A stretch of 62,348 bases of DNA, counting the filler. It is 6 parts of 6 records of this genome, joined end to end, with 100 filler letters (N's around TTAATTAATTAA, not from the genome) between each part and the next. Parts side by side here need not be neighbours in the genome. Positions count along the whole stretch, not along the records: positions 27,296 to 36,598 come from DRR378314_1564; positions 36,699 to 42,111 come from DRR378314_1565; 4 more parts are not named here. The stretch is one strand, 5' to 3'. The notes beneath the pieces are model-generated. The model made no database searches. It had not been told where the DNA came from and saw nothing but the letters and a program-made list of their open reading frames with translations. Shown in pieces: positions 28,602 to 38,551 of this stretch (the first letter of the stretch is position 1; each line of letters opens with the position of its first letter). A program made the translations under genes and the position numbers.

Positions 28602-30185
28602 CTATTCGGCAGCCTGAGGGGACACCTCGTCGACCACGGCGTTGTTGTTCACCAGATCATCGTCCTTGTGGAACAGAGGGTAGATGAACAGGAACGCAGC
28701 TGCGATCAAATAGCCGCCGGAAACACCGCCGAGTTCGGGCCAGTGAAGGCTTGCGCCATGGATCACCCCGATCGATGCCATAGCCGCAGCCGCCAGGGCA
28801 AAGCCGCCCGCGTTGCGGAAGTTGCCGTCGATGACGCTGGCGACGATCGCGCCCCAGATCAGGCCAGTCAGGATTGCCCCCTGTGACAGCGACAGATGAC
28901 CGCTGAAATGCGCACCCTGTTGCAGCAGCGCGGCTGTCAGCGCGTCATCGCCCAGCTGCGGCACGCCCGCGACACCAACCGCGCCGAGCGCACCGATGAG
29001 CGAGCCCCATTTCACCATCAGGAAGGCAGAGACATGCGGCATCATCGCGATGGTGACAGCCGCCATATGCTCGGTCTTGACCGAATGGGCGGTATTGGTG
29101 ATCAGGCTCAGCGCCACGAAGACCAGCACGGGTGCGGCAGCAGCCACCGGGATCAGGTTGTTGAGGAAGGCCAGCAGGCCGAATATCGCCGCCAGCGGGA
29201 TCACCGTGCCAACCCCGATGATGTAACCCGCATGCGCGCCCATGCGCTTGTAGGCCGGATGGCCGATATAGGCGGTGGTCGGGAAGGGCGAACCGAAGAC
29301 CGCGCCGATCATGGTGCCCACCCCGTCGGTGATCTGGCAGGTGGCCACTGGGTAATGGTCGCCCGCACTTTCAGCGCTCTCGACGTTGTTCATGGTCTCG
29401 ATGAAATTATAGATTTGCACAGGGACCAGCACCAGGAACAGCTCCGGGTTCACAAACAGATACTGGATGCCCGCGATCAGATCCCCGAAGTAAGGGAGCG
29501 GCGGGTAGAAACCGATGCCCTCGACGCTGATGGTGGAGGTGCCAAGCGCCAGCGCCACCAGGGTGCCGACGATCAGTGCCAGCAGACCTGCGGGGATGTT
29601 GTAGGGCAGGCGGAAGCGTCCCACGAGCCCCCAGAGGATAATGATCATCGAGGCAAAGCCGACGTAGGGGTTCTCGAATACGGTGGCCAGCGGGACGGTG
29701 CCGATGAACACCAGCGCAATACCACACAGCGTGCCGAGCATACCTGCGCGCGGTGTTACGCGTTTCAGCCAGGGGCCGATGAGGGCGCCGAGGGCTGCGA
29801 CGATGCCGCCCATGAAGCCAGCCCCGATGCCCACCTGCCAGGCGATTAACGGATCATTGGTCGCCCAGTAGATCGGTCCGATCACCCCAAACAGATAGAC
29901 AAACATCACCGGCGTCGAAATACCGTAGGGCAGGGCGGTCACGTCGCGCCCGTGCTGCGCCGCCGCGCGTTTCGCCAGCGCTACATAGACAATGATGCCG
30001 GCCAGGATCGCGACGCCTGCCCCGGGAACGATGCGCCCGTACACGATTTCGGCGGGCATCTGAAAGACGAACTGACAGACGCCTGCCAGCACCATCAAGT
30101 TGACGAGATTGTCGGTGAACAGCGCCCAGAACGCGCTGAAATCGCTGCGATGAAACAGCGAGTATTTATAACTCCCATCCCTCAT
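28602..30185 (-). CDS. Nucleobase (xanthine/uracil/vitamin C, NCS2-like) permease
   Basis: About 13-14 hydrophobic segments, TALPYGISTP, GSPFPTTAYIGHPAYK; lies in the xdh operon. Confidence 0.8.
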   Translation of the reverse strand: MRDGSYKYSLFHRSDFSAFWALFTDNLVNLMVLAGVCQFVFQMPAEIVYGRIVPGAGVAILAGIIVYVALAKRAAAQHGRDVTALPYGISTPVMFVYLFGVIGPIYWATNDPLIAWQVGIGAGFMGGIVAALGALIGPWLKRVTPRAGMLGTLCGIALVFIGTVPLATVFENPYVGFASMIIILWGLVGRFRLPYNIPAGLLALIVGTLVALALGTSTISVEGIGFYPPLPYFGDLIAGIQYLFVNPELFLVLVPVQIYNFIETMNNVESAESAGDHYPVATCQITDGVGTMIGAVFGSPFPTTAYIGHPAYKRMGAHAGYIIGVGTVIPLAAIFGLLAFLNNLIPVAAAAPVLVFVALSLITNTAHSVKTEHMAAVTIAMMPHVSAFLMVKWGSLIGALGAVGVAGVPQLGDDALTAALLQQGAHFSGHLSLSQGAILTGLIWGAIVASVIDGNFRNAGGFALAAAAMASIGVIHGASLHWPELGGVSGGYLIAAAFLFIYPLFHKDDDLVNNNAVVDEVSPQAAE

Positions 30186-30252
30186 GGGGACCTCCCTTTT
30201 ACAACCGGATGCACGGGCGGTACTCCTCCCTCCACGTGCCTCCGGTGATGTG

Positions 30253-31107
30253 TCACTGCGCCGCGAGATGCGAGACAGCGTCCCCGAAGTCGGGGTGAAA
30301 TGCGGCAGTTTCAGAGGTCAGCGCGGTGATCACTTCGGCTGCCACAAGGGCGGCGATCACAGCAGGCCGCTTGTCGCGGCTGCCGCCTGCCCCGATGGGG
30401 CAGATCAGGTCTGCAACAGAAAGCCCGTCGCAGTGTTCTTGTGTCCAGCTGGCGAATTTCGCCCGCTTGGTGGCAGAGCCGATCATCCCCACATAAGCCG
30501 CGTCGCCGCGTTGCAGCGCCGCCGAGGTCAGCAGGAAATCCAGCCCGTGGTCATGGGTCAGCACGATGAAGGCGCTGCCGGGGGCGGCGTTCATCACCTC
30601 GATCTCGGGGATCGCGCTGAGGCGACGCTCGACCAAAGCTTCGGATTGGTCCAGCTCCTCCTGTCGCTGGTCGATCAGCACCGTGCGCAGCGGCAGATGC
30701 TGGAACAGATCCGCAAGCGCGCGGCCCACGTGGCCCGCGCCAAGGATATGGACCGCCGGACGCGCGGCGTCTTCGACCTGTGCGGCCTCGACTGCGGCAG
30801 ATTTGTCAGAGGCGCTCATGCGGGTGATGGCGATCTCCACCCGCCCGCCGCAGCACTGGCCGATCTCCGGCCCCAAGGGTACATCCATATGGTGCGACAG
30901 GTTGCCAGCGGCCAGCAAATCCCGCGCCGCCTCGATTGCGATATGTTCCAGCTGGCCGCCGCCGATGGTGCCGAGCAGGGCCTCGGCGCGCACGAACATC
31001 TCGGTGCCGGTGGCACGGGGGGACGACCCCCGCACCCGCGTGAGCCGCAGGCTTGCCACCGGACCGGCGGCGTCGAGATACTGTCTGAGTTTCTCTGCCT
31101 GCATCAT
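30253..31107 (-). CDS. xdhC: Xanthine dehydrogenase accessory protein
   Basis: RGSSPR, GTIGGGQLE, LGPEIGQCCGG, GAGHVG, LTHDH. Confidence 0.95.
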   Translation of the reverse strand: MMQAEKLRQYLDAAGPVASLRLTRVRGSSPRATGTEMFVRAEALLGTIGGGQLEHIAIEAARDLLAAGNLSHHMDVPLGPEIGQCCGGRVEIAITRMSASDKSAAVEAAQVEDAARPAVHILGAGHVGRALADLFQHLPLRTVLIDQRQEELDQSEALVERRLSAIPEIEVMNAAPGSAFIVLTHDHGLDFLLTSAALQRGDAAYVGMIGSATKRAKFASWTQEHCDGLSVADLICPIGAGGSRDKRPAVIAALVAAEVITALTSETAAFHPDFGDAVSHLAAQ

Positions 31108-31111
31108 GGGC

Positions 31112-33445
31112 TTACACTCCGGCCTTCAGCCGTTCGACTGCCATCAGCACGCGCTCGGGCGTGGCTGGCGTTTCCAAACGCGGGCATTCGCGATAGTCGG
31201 CCACCGACGCCACAGCCATCGACAGCGCCTCCAGCACCGAGATCCCCAGCATGAAAGGCGGCTCGCCCACGGCTTTGGAACGTTTGATGGTCATCTCGCG
31301 GTTTTCCGACCAGTCGGCGAGGGCGACGTTGAAACTGCGCGGCCGGTCCGAGGCCAGCGGGATCTTGTAGGTCGAAGGCGCATGGGTGCGCAGGCGCCCT
31401 GCATCATCCCACCACAGCTCCTCGGTGGTGAGCCAGCCCATGCCCTGGATAAACGCGCCCTCAACCTGGCCCTTGTCCAGCACCGGGTTCAGCGAGCGAC
31501 CCACATCATGCAGTATGTCCGTGCGCTCCACCCGGTATTCCCCGGTGAGGGTGTCGATGGCGACCTCCGAGCAGGACGCGCCATAGGCGTAATAGTAGAA
31601 CGGCCGTCCCTTGCCCGCCGCGCGGTCCCAGTGGATCTTGGGCGTCTTGTAGAAGCCTGCTGCCGACAAGTGCACCCGCGCCATATAGGCCTCGCGGATA
31701 AAGGCGGTAAAACCCACCAGCTCGTCGCCGATGCGGATGTGGTTGGGGCCAAAGCTGACCGCGCTTTCGGCCACGCCCCGGCTCTCAGCGGCGAATTTGA
31801 CCAGCCGCGTCTTGATCTGTTCGCAGGCGTCCAGTGCCGCCATGCCGTTGAGGTCAGACCCGGAGGAGGCCGCCGTGGCAGAGGTGTTCGGGACTTTTTC
31901 GGTGGTGGTCTTGGTGATCTTGATGCGGTCGAAATCAACTTGGAACGCCTCGGCCACCACCTGCGCGACCTTGGTGTTCAGGCCCTGACCCATCTCGGTG
32001 CCCCCGTGGTTCAGATGGATCGAACCGTCGTTGTAGATGTGGATCAGCGCTCCGGCCTGATTGTACCACGTGGCGGTGAAGGAGATGCCGAATTTGACCG
32101 GGGTCAGCGCGATGCCACGACGGATGATGCCGCCTTTGGCATTGTCGGCAATGATCTCTGCACGGCGGGCCTGATAGTCGCTGCTCTCTTCCAGTTCCTC
32201 GACAATGCGACCGATCACATTGTCCTCCACCTCCTGATGATAGGGGGTGAGGGTGCGTCCATCGCCGATCTCGCCGTAGAAATTGGCCTTGCGCACCTCC
32301 AGCGGGTCCTTGCCGAGCGCATAGGCGATTTCCTCGATCATCCGCTCTGCGGCGACCACGCCCTGAGGGCCGCCGAAGCCGCGAAACGCCGTGTTAGAGA
32401 CTGTATTTGTCTTCTGCGGGCAGGATGTCAGTCGCACATGCGGGTAGAAATAGGCATTGTCCGCGTGGAACAGGGCCCGGTCGGTGACGGGGCCAGACAG
32501 GTCCGAGGAATAGCCGCAACGCGCCGCAAACTGGCTGTCCACCGCCTGAATGCGCCCCTCACCGTCAAAGCCCAGATCATAGTCGATCACGAAATCATGC
32601 CGCTTGCCGGTTGCGGTCATGTCCTGATCGCGGTCGGGGCGGATCTTGACGGGTCGGTTCAGCTTCTTGGCGCCAAGGGCTGCGACAGCGCAGAACAGGT
32701 TCATCTGGCTTTCCTTGCCGCCAAAGCCACCGCCCATGCGGCGCACGTTCACCACCACCGCATTCGACGGCACGCCCAGCACATGAGACACCATATGCTG
32801 CGCCTCGCTCGGGTGCTGGGTGGAGCAATGCACGATCACATCGTCATCCTCGCCCGGCAGGGCAAAGGCGATATGGCCTTCCAGATACATGTGATCCTGC
32901 CCGCCGACAGTGACGCGACCCTGCAAACGGTGCGGTGCTTCAGCCAATCCAGCCTCCACATCGCCGCGCTCCAGTTTCAGCGGGTCGGTGACCATCGGCA
33001 TGCCGGCGTCACGGGCCGAAATCGCATCCAGCGCATGGGGCAGCACCTCATAGTCGACATCCGCCAGCTCCGCCGCCCGCCGTGCCGCATCGCGGCTCTC
33101 GGCGATCACCGCAAACAGCGGCTGGCCGTGGAATTCCACCTTTTCGGTCGGGAACACCGGCTCGTCATGTTTGCCGGTGGGGCTGACGTCATTGACGCCG
33201 GGGATGTCGTCGGCGGTCAGCACATCCACCACGCCCGGCGCGGATCGCACGCGGGACAGATCCATGGCGCGGATGTTGGCATGGGCCACGGTGGACACAC
33301 CAAGATAGGCGTGCAGGGTGCCCACAGGTTCGGCGATGTCATCGGTGTAATCGGCCCGGCCCTGCACCTGCTTGATGGCGCTGTCGTGCTTGAGGTCCTG
33401 ATGGGCGGCGCCCTTGATCTCGGCGGTGGTGTTCAGATCTTTCAT
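31112..33445 (-). CDS. xdhB: Xanthine dehydrogenase molybdopterin subunit
   Basis: HDSA, RRMGGGFGGKE, AFRGFGGPQG, SKAVGEPP. Confidence 0.97.
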   Translation of the reverse strand: MKDLNTTAEIKGAAHQDLKHDSAIKQVQGRADYTDDIAEPVGTLHAYLGVSTVAHANIRAMDLSRVRSAPGVVDVLTADDIPGVNDVSPTGKHDEPVFPTEKVEFHGQPLFAVIAESRDAARRAAELADVDYEVLPHALDAISARDAGMPMVTDPLKLERGDVEAGLAEAPHRLQGRVTVGGQDHMYLEGHIAFALPGEDDDVIVHCSTQHPSEAQHMVSHVLGVPSNAVVVNVRRMGGGFGGKESQMNLFCAVAALGAKKLNRPVKIRPDRDQDMTATGKRHDFVIDYDLGFDGEGRIQAVDSQFAARCGYSSDLSGPVTDRALFHADNAYFYPHVRLTSCPQKTNTVSNTAFRGFGGPQGVVAAERMIEEIAYALGKDPLEVRKANFYGEIGDGRTLTPYHQEVEDNVIGRIVEELEESSDYQARRAEIIADNAKGGIIRRGIALTPVKFGISFTATWYNQAGALIHIYNDGSIHLNHGGTEMGQGLNTKVAQVVAEAFQVDFDRIKITKTTTEKVPNTSATAASSGSDLNGMAALDACEQIKTRLVKFAAESRGVAESAVSFGPNHIRIGDELVGFTAFIREAYMARVHLSAAGFYKTPKIHWDRAAGKGRPFYYYAYGASCSEVAIDTLTGEYRVERTDILHDVGRSLNPVLDKGQVEGAFIQGMGWLTTEELWWDDAGRLRTHAPSTYKIPLASDRPRSFNVALADWSENREMTIKRSKAVGEPPFMLGISVLEALSMAVASVADYRECPRLETPATPERVLMAVERLKAGV

Positions 33446-33459
33446 GGTCCTGTCCTCCC

Positions 33460-34923
33460 TCACGCGATGGCCAGACGCACCGGCGCGTCCTGATTGGTGT
33501 CATGTTCCAGCTGGAACCGGCGCAGCAGGTTGGCCGCGACCGTGGTCCGGTAGTCCGCGCTGGCCCGCCAATCGCTGAGCGGGGTGAAATCTTGGGTCAG
33601 CGCCTTTGCTGCCGCATCGAAGGTTGCCGCTGTGAAGGGCTGTCCGATCAGCGCGGCTTCGGCCTGCGCCGCCCGTTTGGGCGTTGCGGCCATGCCACCA
33701 AACGCCAGACGGGCGGCGGTGATGATACCATCACTGACGGTGACGCTGATCCCGGCGGCGACGGAGGAGATATCCTCGTCCCGGCGTTTGGAGATCTTGT
33801 AGGCGGCGTCGATCTGGCCCGGTTGGCTGCGCGGAATGCGGATGGCGGCAACAAAATCGCCTGCCTCGCGGTCCTGTTTGCCATAGTCGATAAAGAAATC
33901 TTCCAGCGGCAAGATGCGGGTGCCGCGTGTACTTTGCAGCATGACCTCCGCACCAAGCGAGATCAGCACCGGCGGCGTATCCCCGATCGGCGAGCCATTG
34001 GCGATATTGCCACCGATGGTGCCCATGTTGCGCACCTGCCAGCCGGCGATGCGGTCCCAGTATTCGCCGAGATGCGGGAAGGCCTCGCGGATCGCGGTCT
34101 CGCTCTCGGAATAGGTGACGCCAGCGCCGATGGTCAGGGCCTCATCGGTCAGGTCGATGGACTTCAGACCCTCAAGATGGGTGATGAAGACCACCGGCGA
34201 AATCGGACGCATGAATTTGGTCACCCACAGCCCCACATCGGTAGAGCCTGCTACGATGGTGGCCTTGGGGTTTTCGTCCAGCACCTTTGCCAGATCCGCC
34301 ACATCCAGCGGCAGAATGACGCGGTCGTCCTCGGGGCCGGTCTCGATACGCGATTTTGGCTGCAGCGCCATCAGACGGGCGGTCACATCGTTGCGCTCGC
34401 GGGTCAGATGGTCATGCGCCGGGGAGCCATACTGCGTCACTGCCATCGCCGCCTTCATGATCGGCTCATACCCGGTGCAGCGGCAGAGGTTGCCCTGGAT
34501 CGCAGTCTCGACCTGCTGCATCGACGGCTCCGGATTGCCCATCCACAGCGCATAGAGCGACATCACAAAGCCCGGCGTGCAGAAGCCGCACTGGCTGCCG
34601 TGATAGTCGACCATGGCCTGTTGCACCGGGTGCAGGCGGCCCATGGGGCCGGAGAGATGCTCAATGGTGACAATGTGGCACCCGTTCAGGGATGCGAGGA
34701 AGCGGATGCAGGCATTGACCGTCTCATAATGCAGCTGGCCCTGATGCAGGCGTCCGACGAGAACCGTGCAGGCACCGCAGTCGCCCTCGGCGCAGCCTTC
34801 CTTGGTGCCGGTCAGCCGCTGTTCGATCCGCAGATAGTCCAGAAGCGTGAGCGTTGCCTTCACATCCGTGACGGTCTTTTCCTCACCATTCAGAAGAAAG
34901 CGAATATCGTTCTGCTGAGCCAT
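33460..34923 (-). CDS. xdhA: Xanthine dehydrogenase Fe-S/FAD subunit
   Basis: GTKEGCAEGDCGACTV, SQCGFCTPG, GNLCRCTGY, YKISKRRDEDIS. Confidence 0.97.
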   Translation of the reverse strand: MAQQNDIRFLLNGEEKTVTDVKATLTLLDYLRIEQRLTGTKEGCAEGDCGACTVLVGRLHQGQLHYETVNACIRFLASLNGCHIVTIEHLSGPMGRLHPVQQAMVDYHGSQCGFCTPGFVMSLYALWMGNPEPSMQQVETAIQGNLCRCTGYEPIMKAAMAVTQYGSPAHDHLTRERNDVTARLMALQPKSRIETGPEDDRVILPLDVADLAKVLDENPKATIVAGSTDVGLWVTKFMRPISPVVFITHLEGLKSIDLTDEALTIGAGVTYSESETAIREAFPHLGEYWDRIAGWQVRNMGTIGGNIANGSPIGDTPPVLISLGAEVMLQSTRGTRILPLEDFFIDYGKQDREAGDFVAAIRIPRSQPGQIDAAYKISKRRDEDISSVAAGISVTVSDGIITAARLAFGGMAATPKRAAQAEAALIGQPFTAATFDAAAKALTQDFTPLSDWRASADYRTTVAANLLRRFQLEHDTNQDAPVRLAIA

Positions 34924-35013
34924 TTGCCCTCCCAATTCCAGCTCCTGATTGTCAGGAGTGTCGGGAGTTTACTGTTTCTGACTGCCTCGAAATATGGTGG
35001 GCTTTGCGAAATA

Positions 35014-35034
35014 CTTTCAACAGATCGTTGAAAG
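35014..35034. promoter_or_regulatory. Perfect inverted repeat between divergent xdhA and lysR, probable operator
   Basis: CTTTCAAC-AGATC-GTTGAAAG. Confidence 0.6.
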
Positions 35035-35100
35035 AAGCAGGCCGAACGCGCATGTATACTGGGCTTCGGCACAAGTGTTGAGGATTTTGAATGGCTTATA

Positions 35101-36030
35101 ATGGCGTATCTTGAGAGCCTTCGGGTGTTCTGCCGGGTGGTAGAACTGGGCAGCATCACGTCCGGCGGGCGCGACTTGCGTCTGACCCCGGCGGTGGCGA
35201 GCAAACGAATCAAGGAACTGGAGCAGCATCTGGGCGTGCGGCTGTTCAATCGCACCACCCGATCGCTGACCCCGACTGAGGTGGGCAGCGAGTTCTACAA
35301 GGAAGCGCTGCGCATCCTGAGTGCCGTGGACGAGGCCGAAACCGTGGTGGCGCAATTCTCCGGGGCACCGCGCGGCACGCTGCGGGTGACCGCGCCGCTG
35401 GCCGCCGGGCGACGCATCATCGCCCCCCTGGTGCCGGATTTTGTCGAGGCGCATCCCGACATCGAGGTGCGGATGCGGATGTCGGACCGCAAGGTGGATA
35501 TTCTGGCCGACGGCATCGATGTGGCGTTTTTTGTGGGCAACCCGCATGATTCCAGCCTGAAGATGCGCAAGATCGCCACCTGTGACCGGGTGCTCTGCGC
35601 CGCGCCCGCCTATCTGGAGCGGTTCGGCACACCAGACGCGCCCGAAGATCTGATGAAGGGGCACAATTGCCTGTTGCTGCGCTATCCGCGCTCGCCGGAA
35701 TACTACTGGACCCTGAACACAAGGTCCGGATTTCGCAAGTTCGAGGTGAAAGGCAAATATGACGCCGATGACAGCGATGTGCTGCTGAACTGGGCGCTGG
35801 ACGGGCGCGGCATCATCAACAAGCCTCGGTTCGAGGTGGCGCAGGCACTGCGCAGCGGCGCGCTGGTGGAAATCCTGCCCGAGGCGCATCCGATCCCGGC
35901 GACCTTCGGCTGTCTTTACCCGCACAAGAAATTTCAGGATCCCAAAGTCAGACTACTGGTGGATTTCATCACCAGCCGGGGGCAGGCCTATCTGCAGGGC
36001 CTTGAAGCGCCGCGCGCCGATCCGGCCTGA
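35101..36030 (+). CDS. LysR family regulator
   Basis: N-terminal HTH (GSITSGGRDL..TPAVASKRIKELE, LFNRTTR). Confidence 0.95.
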   Translation: MAYLESLRVFCRVVELGSITSGGRDLRLTPAVASKRIKELEQHLGVRLFNRTTRSLTPTEVGSEFYKEALRILSAVDEAETVVAQFSGAPRGTLRVTAPLAAGRRIIAPLVPDFVEAHPDIEVRMRMSDRKVDILADGIDVAFFVGNPHDSSLKMRKIATCDRVLCAAPAYLERFGTPDAPEDLMKGHNCLLLRYPRSPEYYWTLNTRSGFRKFEVKGKYDADDSDVLLNWALDGRGIINKPRFEVAQALRSGALVEILPEAHPIPATFGCLYPHKKFQDPKVRLLVDFITSRGQAYLQGLEAPRADPA

Positions 36031-36037
36031 CGCAAAC

Positions 36038-36066
36038 AAAAAACGCCCCGCAAATCTGCGGGGCGT
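36038..36066 (-). terminator. Terminator after the bhcD-like gene
   Basis: ACGCCCCGCA-AATC-TGCGGGGCGT with an adjacent A-run. Confidence 0.7.
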
Positions 36067-36102
36067 GCTCGTGAGTGGTGGTGGTGTGACGCCGGGTCGA
36101 GA

Positions 36103-36598
36103 TCAGAAATCCACCTCGATGGCGATGCCCTGTTTGACTGCAAGTTCAACGACCGACGAGGCCACGGCCAGATCCTGCAGGCCGACGCCGGTGCCGTCAA
36201 AGAGGGTGATCTGCTCCGCCGAGGTCCGGCCCGGATGCGCGCCGTTGATGACCGCACCCAGCTGCGCCACATCGGCCTCCGCAATCAGCCCCTGCGCCAC
36301 CGCGTGCTGCGCCTCGCCGATGGAAATGGACTGCGCCACCTCGTCGGTAAAGACATCGGCGCGGACCAGCAGTTCGGGATCGACCTCCTGCTTGCCTTTG
36401 GTGTCGGTGCCCATGCAGGCGATATGGGTGCCGGGGCTGACCTGATCGGCATTGAGGATGGCATCAAACGAAGAGGTGATAGAGATAATCACATCCGCCT
36501 CTTTCAACCCGTCCAGCTCTACCGCCTCAAACGGCAGGCCTGCCTCGGTTGCGACCTCTTCTAGGTTCGGCAGCATCTCGGGATGCAGGTTCCAGCCG
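36103..36598 (-). CDS. bhcD: Ornithine cyclodeaminase/mu-crystallin family, probably iminosuccinate reductase BhcD, 3' part
   Basis: GTHIACMGTDTKGKQE, IGEAQHA, TLFDGTGVGLQDLA; family certain, BhcD assignment from recalled similarity. Confidence 0.7.
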
Positions 36599-36698
36599 NN
36601 NNNNNNNNNNNNNNNNNNNNNNNNNNNNNNNNNNNNNNNNNNTTAATTAATTAANNNNNNNNNNNNNNNNNNNNNNNNNNNNNNNNNNNNNNNNNNNN
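36599..36698. other. Artificial contig linker
   Basis: N-run with TTAATTAATTAA. Confidence 0.99.
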
Positions 36699-38551
36699 TT
36701 CACAAGGAGAGAAGCAATCGCTGCGTGTACGCGGCACCGGAGCATGTGTACATGATTCGCAAGGAGATAGTAGATGTTTTTGTGACCTTTTGCACTATTG
36801 TGCGCTACCTTGTCTTCCGCGACCATCGATTTCATGCAGCTGAAACCAGTAATCGAGAGATTTTTTGCGTCTGAAGAGTACAAGACGCAGAAGCCGACCA
36901 AGGTGCGTGACGCTAGAACATTATTTCGTCTCTACGTGCTCACCACGGCGGTCGTCTACGCCAGTGGTAGAAACCAACTCCGAGGGATGTTTGATGTTTG
37001 TTGCTGCTCATAGAACGCGTAGAGGAGATTCTACGGCATCGCTCTGGACCTTTGCAAACCGTCGCCTGCGACATAGAATGGAGCGATCCTGCATCTCGTA
37101 TTCTCCTGCTATGCTTTTCCCTTGGCGATTAAGCTGTGATTTCCGCGATAAAAGCTGCGAGTAAGAAATTTTGTGCGAATTGCGCTTCTTATCGTCCTGT
37201 AATAGACGTTCCCCGCACCTCCCTTTGAGCTTGACACCACCACGTCGCCGCCGGAACCGGTTGGATTCGCCTCGATCGTCGGCGACGCGAAAAATGGAGA
37301 CAAGCTCTTCGCGTCGGAATTCACCGTAACCGTTCACAAGGGCCCGTGCACCGTGGATGTAAGCGACGAGCGCGGAGAGGTATGTCGTCATCTTGTACAG
37401 CGTGTCTGCTACGGCGGAGATGTGCGCGATTTGGATGCGACAAGCTCTCGAGTCCGTGGACTCGTTCTTTCTGGTTTGGCGCTGCGATGCCGCGGAGCCA
37501 AAAAAAAATTATTGTAACGCTGTCGGACTTGCGAGTCTTCAGACGCTCTGCTTCACACGCAAAAACTTCACACATACGATGATGTGATACGTATGCGCTG
37601 GTACTGCCTGGTATTTTAATTTTTTTTCTCGTTGGTGGCTTCCAGGTGCTTGTTCTCCAAGTTCGAAGGGAAAGCTCGATAGAGTTCGTCAGCGGTGACG
37701 CGCAAGCGGTCGCCGAAGGACATATTGTGCTCACGCGCAAAGGAAACGCGAAAAAGCTCGCAGTACGTTCTCTCCACTTTTTCACGATGCTATCGACTTC
37801 CTGGCGTCGATAGTATGTACATGACAATACGAGACACCATTCCTGGTACTGCTGCTGCTGAATCTGGGCGGATGACCTGTTTTTACGGTGTTTCCTTGTG
37901 TGCTCTTCAGGTATCTGAAGGAGCTGTTACACTAACGTTTACGAACGCAGTGGTGGTGGCGAAGTGAAAGCGGGAAGCTTCAGCAAGGAAACAGCATGCT
38001 CATTGCAGAATTTTACATCTTTGTACTATGAAGGACTGCATCGCCTTCTCGGCGGGGCATTAGGAGGGAGAAGAATACAGAGGATAATATGTGTGTGTAC
38101 GGACGCGCACGTGGATCGTGTCCCCTTACCCAATCGACATCGGTCGTGCTTGGCTGTGACGCGCACGCGATTTGCCCAGCGTTCAATCACCACGCAGCAA
38201 CCAGCAGAACAAGTACTGCTGCTTTCGCAATCCTCCCATTCAAGTTTATATCGAGTAGCGTTCTAGCTCGAAATACTTTATTATCGACATATCAGAATCG
38301 CCTTCTTTACTGCTGTAAACACGCGCGGTGCACGCGAGACGATGCGCACCAGACAGAGTGCAATGCCGGAATTGGGAAGCTTCGTACCGCGCCAACAACT
38401 AAAGCCGCCGAGTGGGCGCACGCACGCATCGGTGACGAGCTGCAACAGGTCTACAAATACATACCGGGAGAAACCTGCTACGCTCCGATTCACCGCGAGT
38501 CGCGGCAGTCGCGCGACAGAACTTGTTGGTTCAACGAGCGCGAACAGCGGT

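Noticed and set aside
30566-33493. 975-aa plus-strand ORF, and similar long antisense ORFs such as 44954-46888, 18425-19942 and 3571-5145
   Set aside because: Shadow ORFs of well-supported genes in high-GC DNA, with no motifs.
36699-38550. Further eukaryotic genes, also at 41400-42000
   Set aside because: Splice-like signals and protein-like fragments are visible, but no consistent model or domain could be built by eye.
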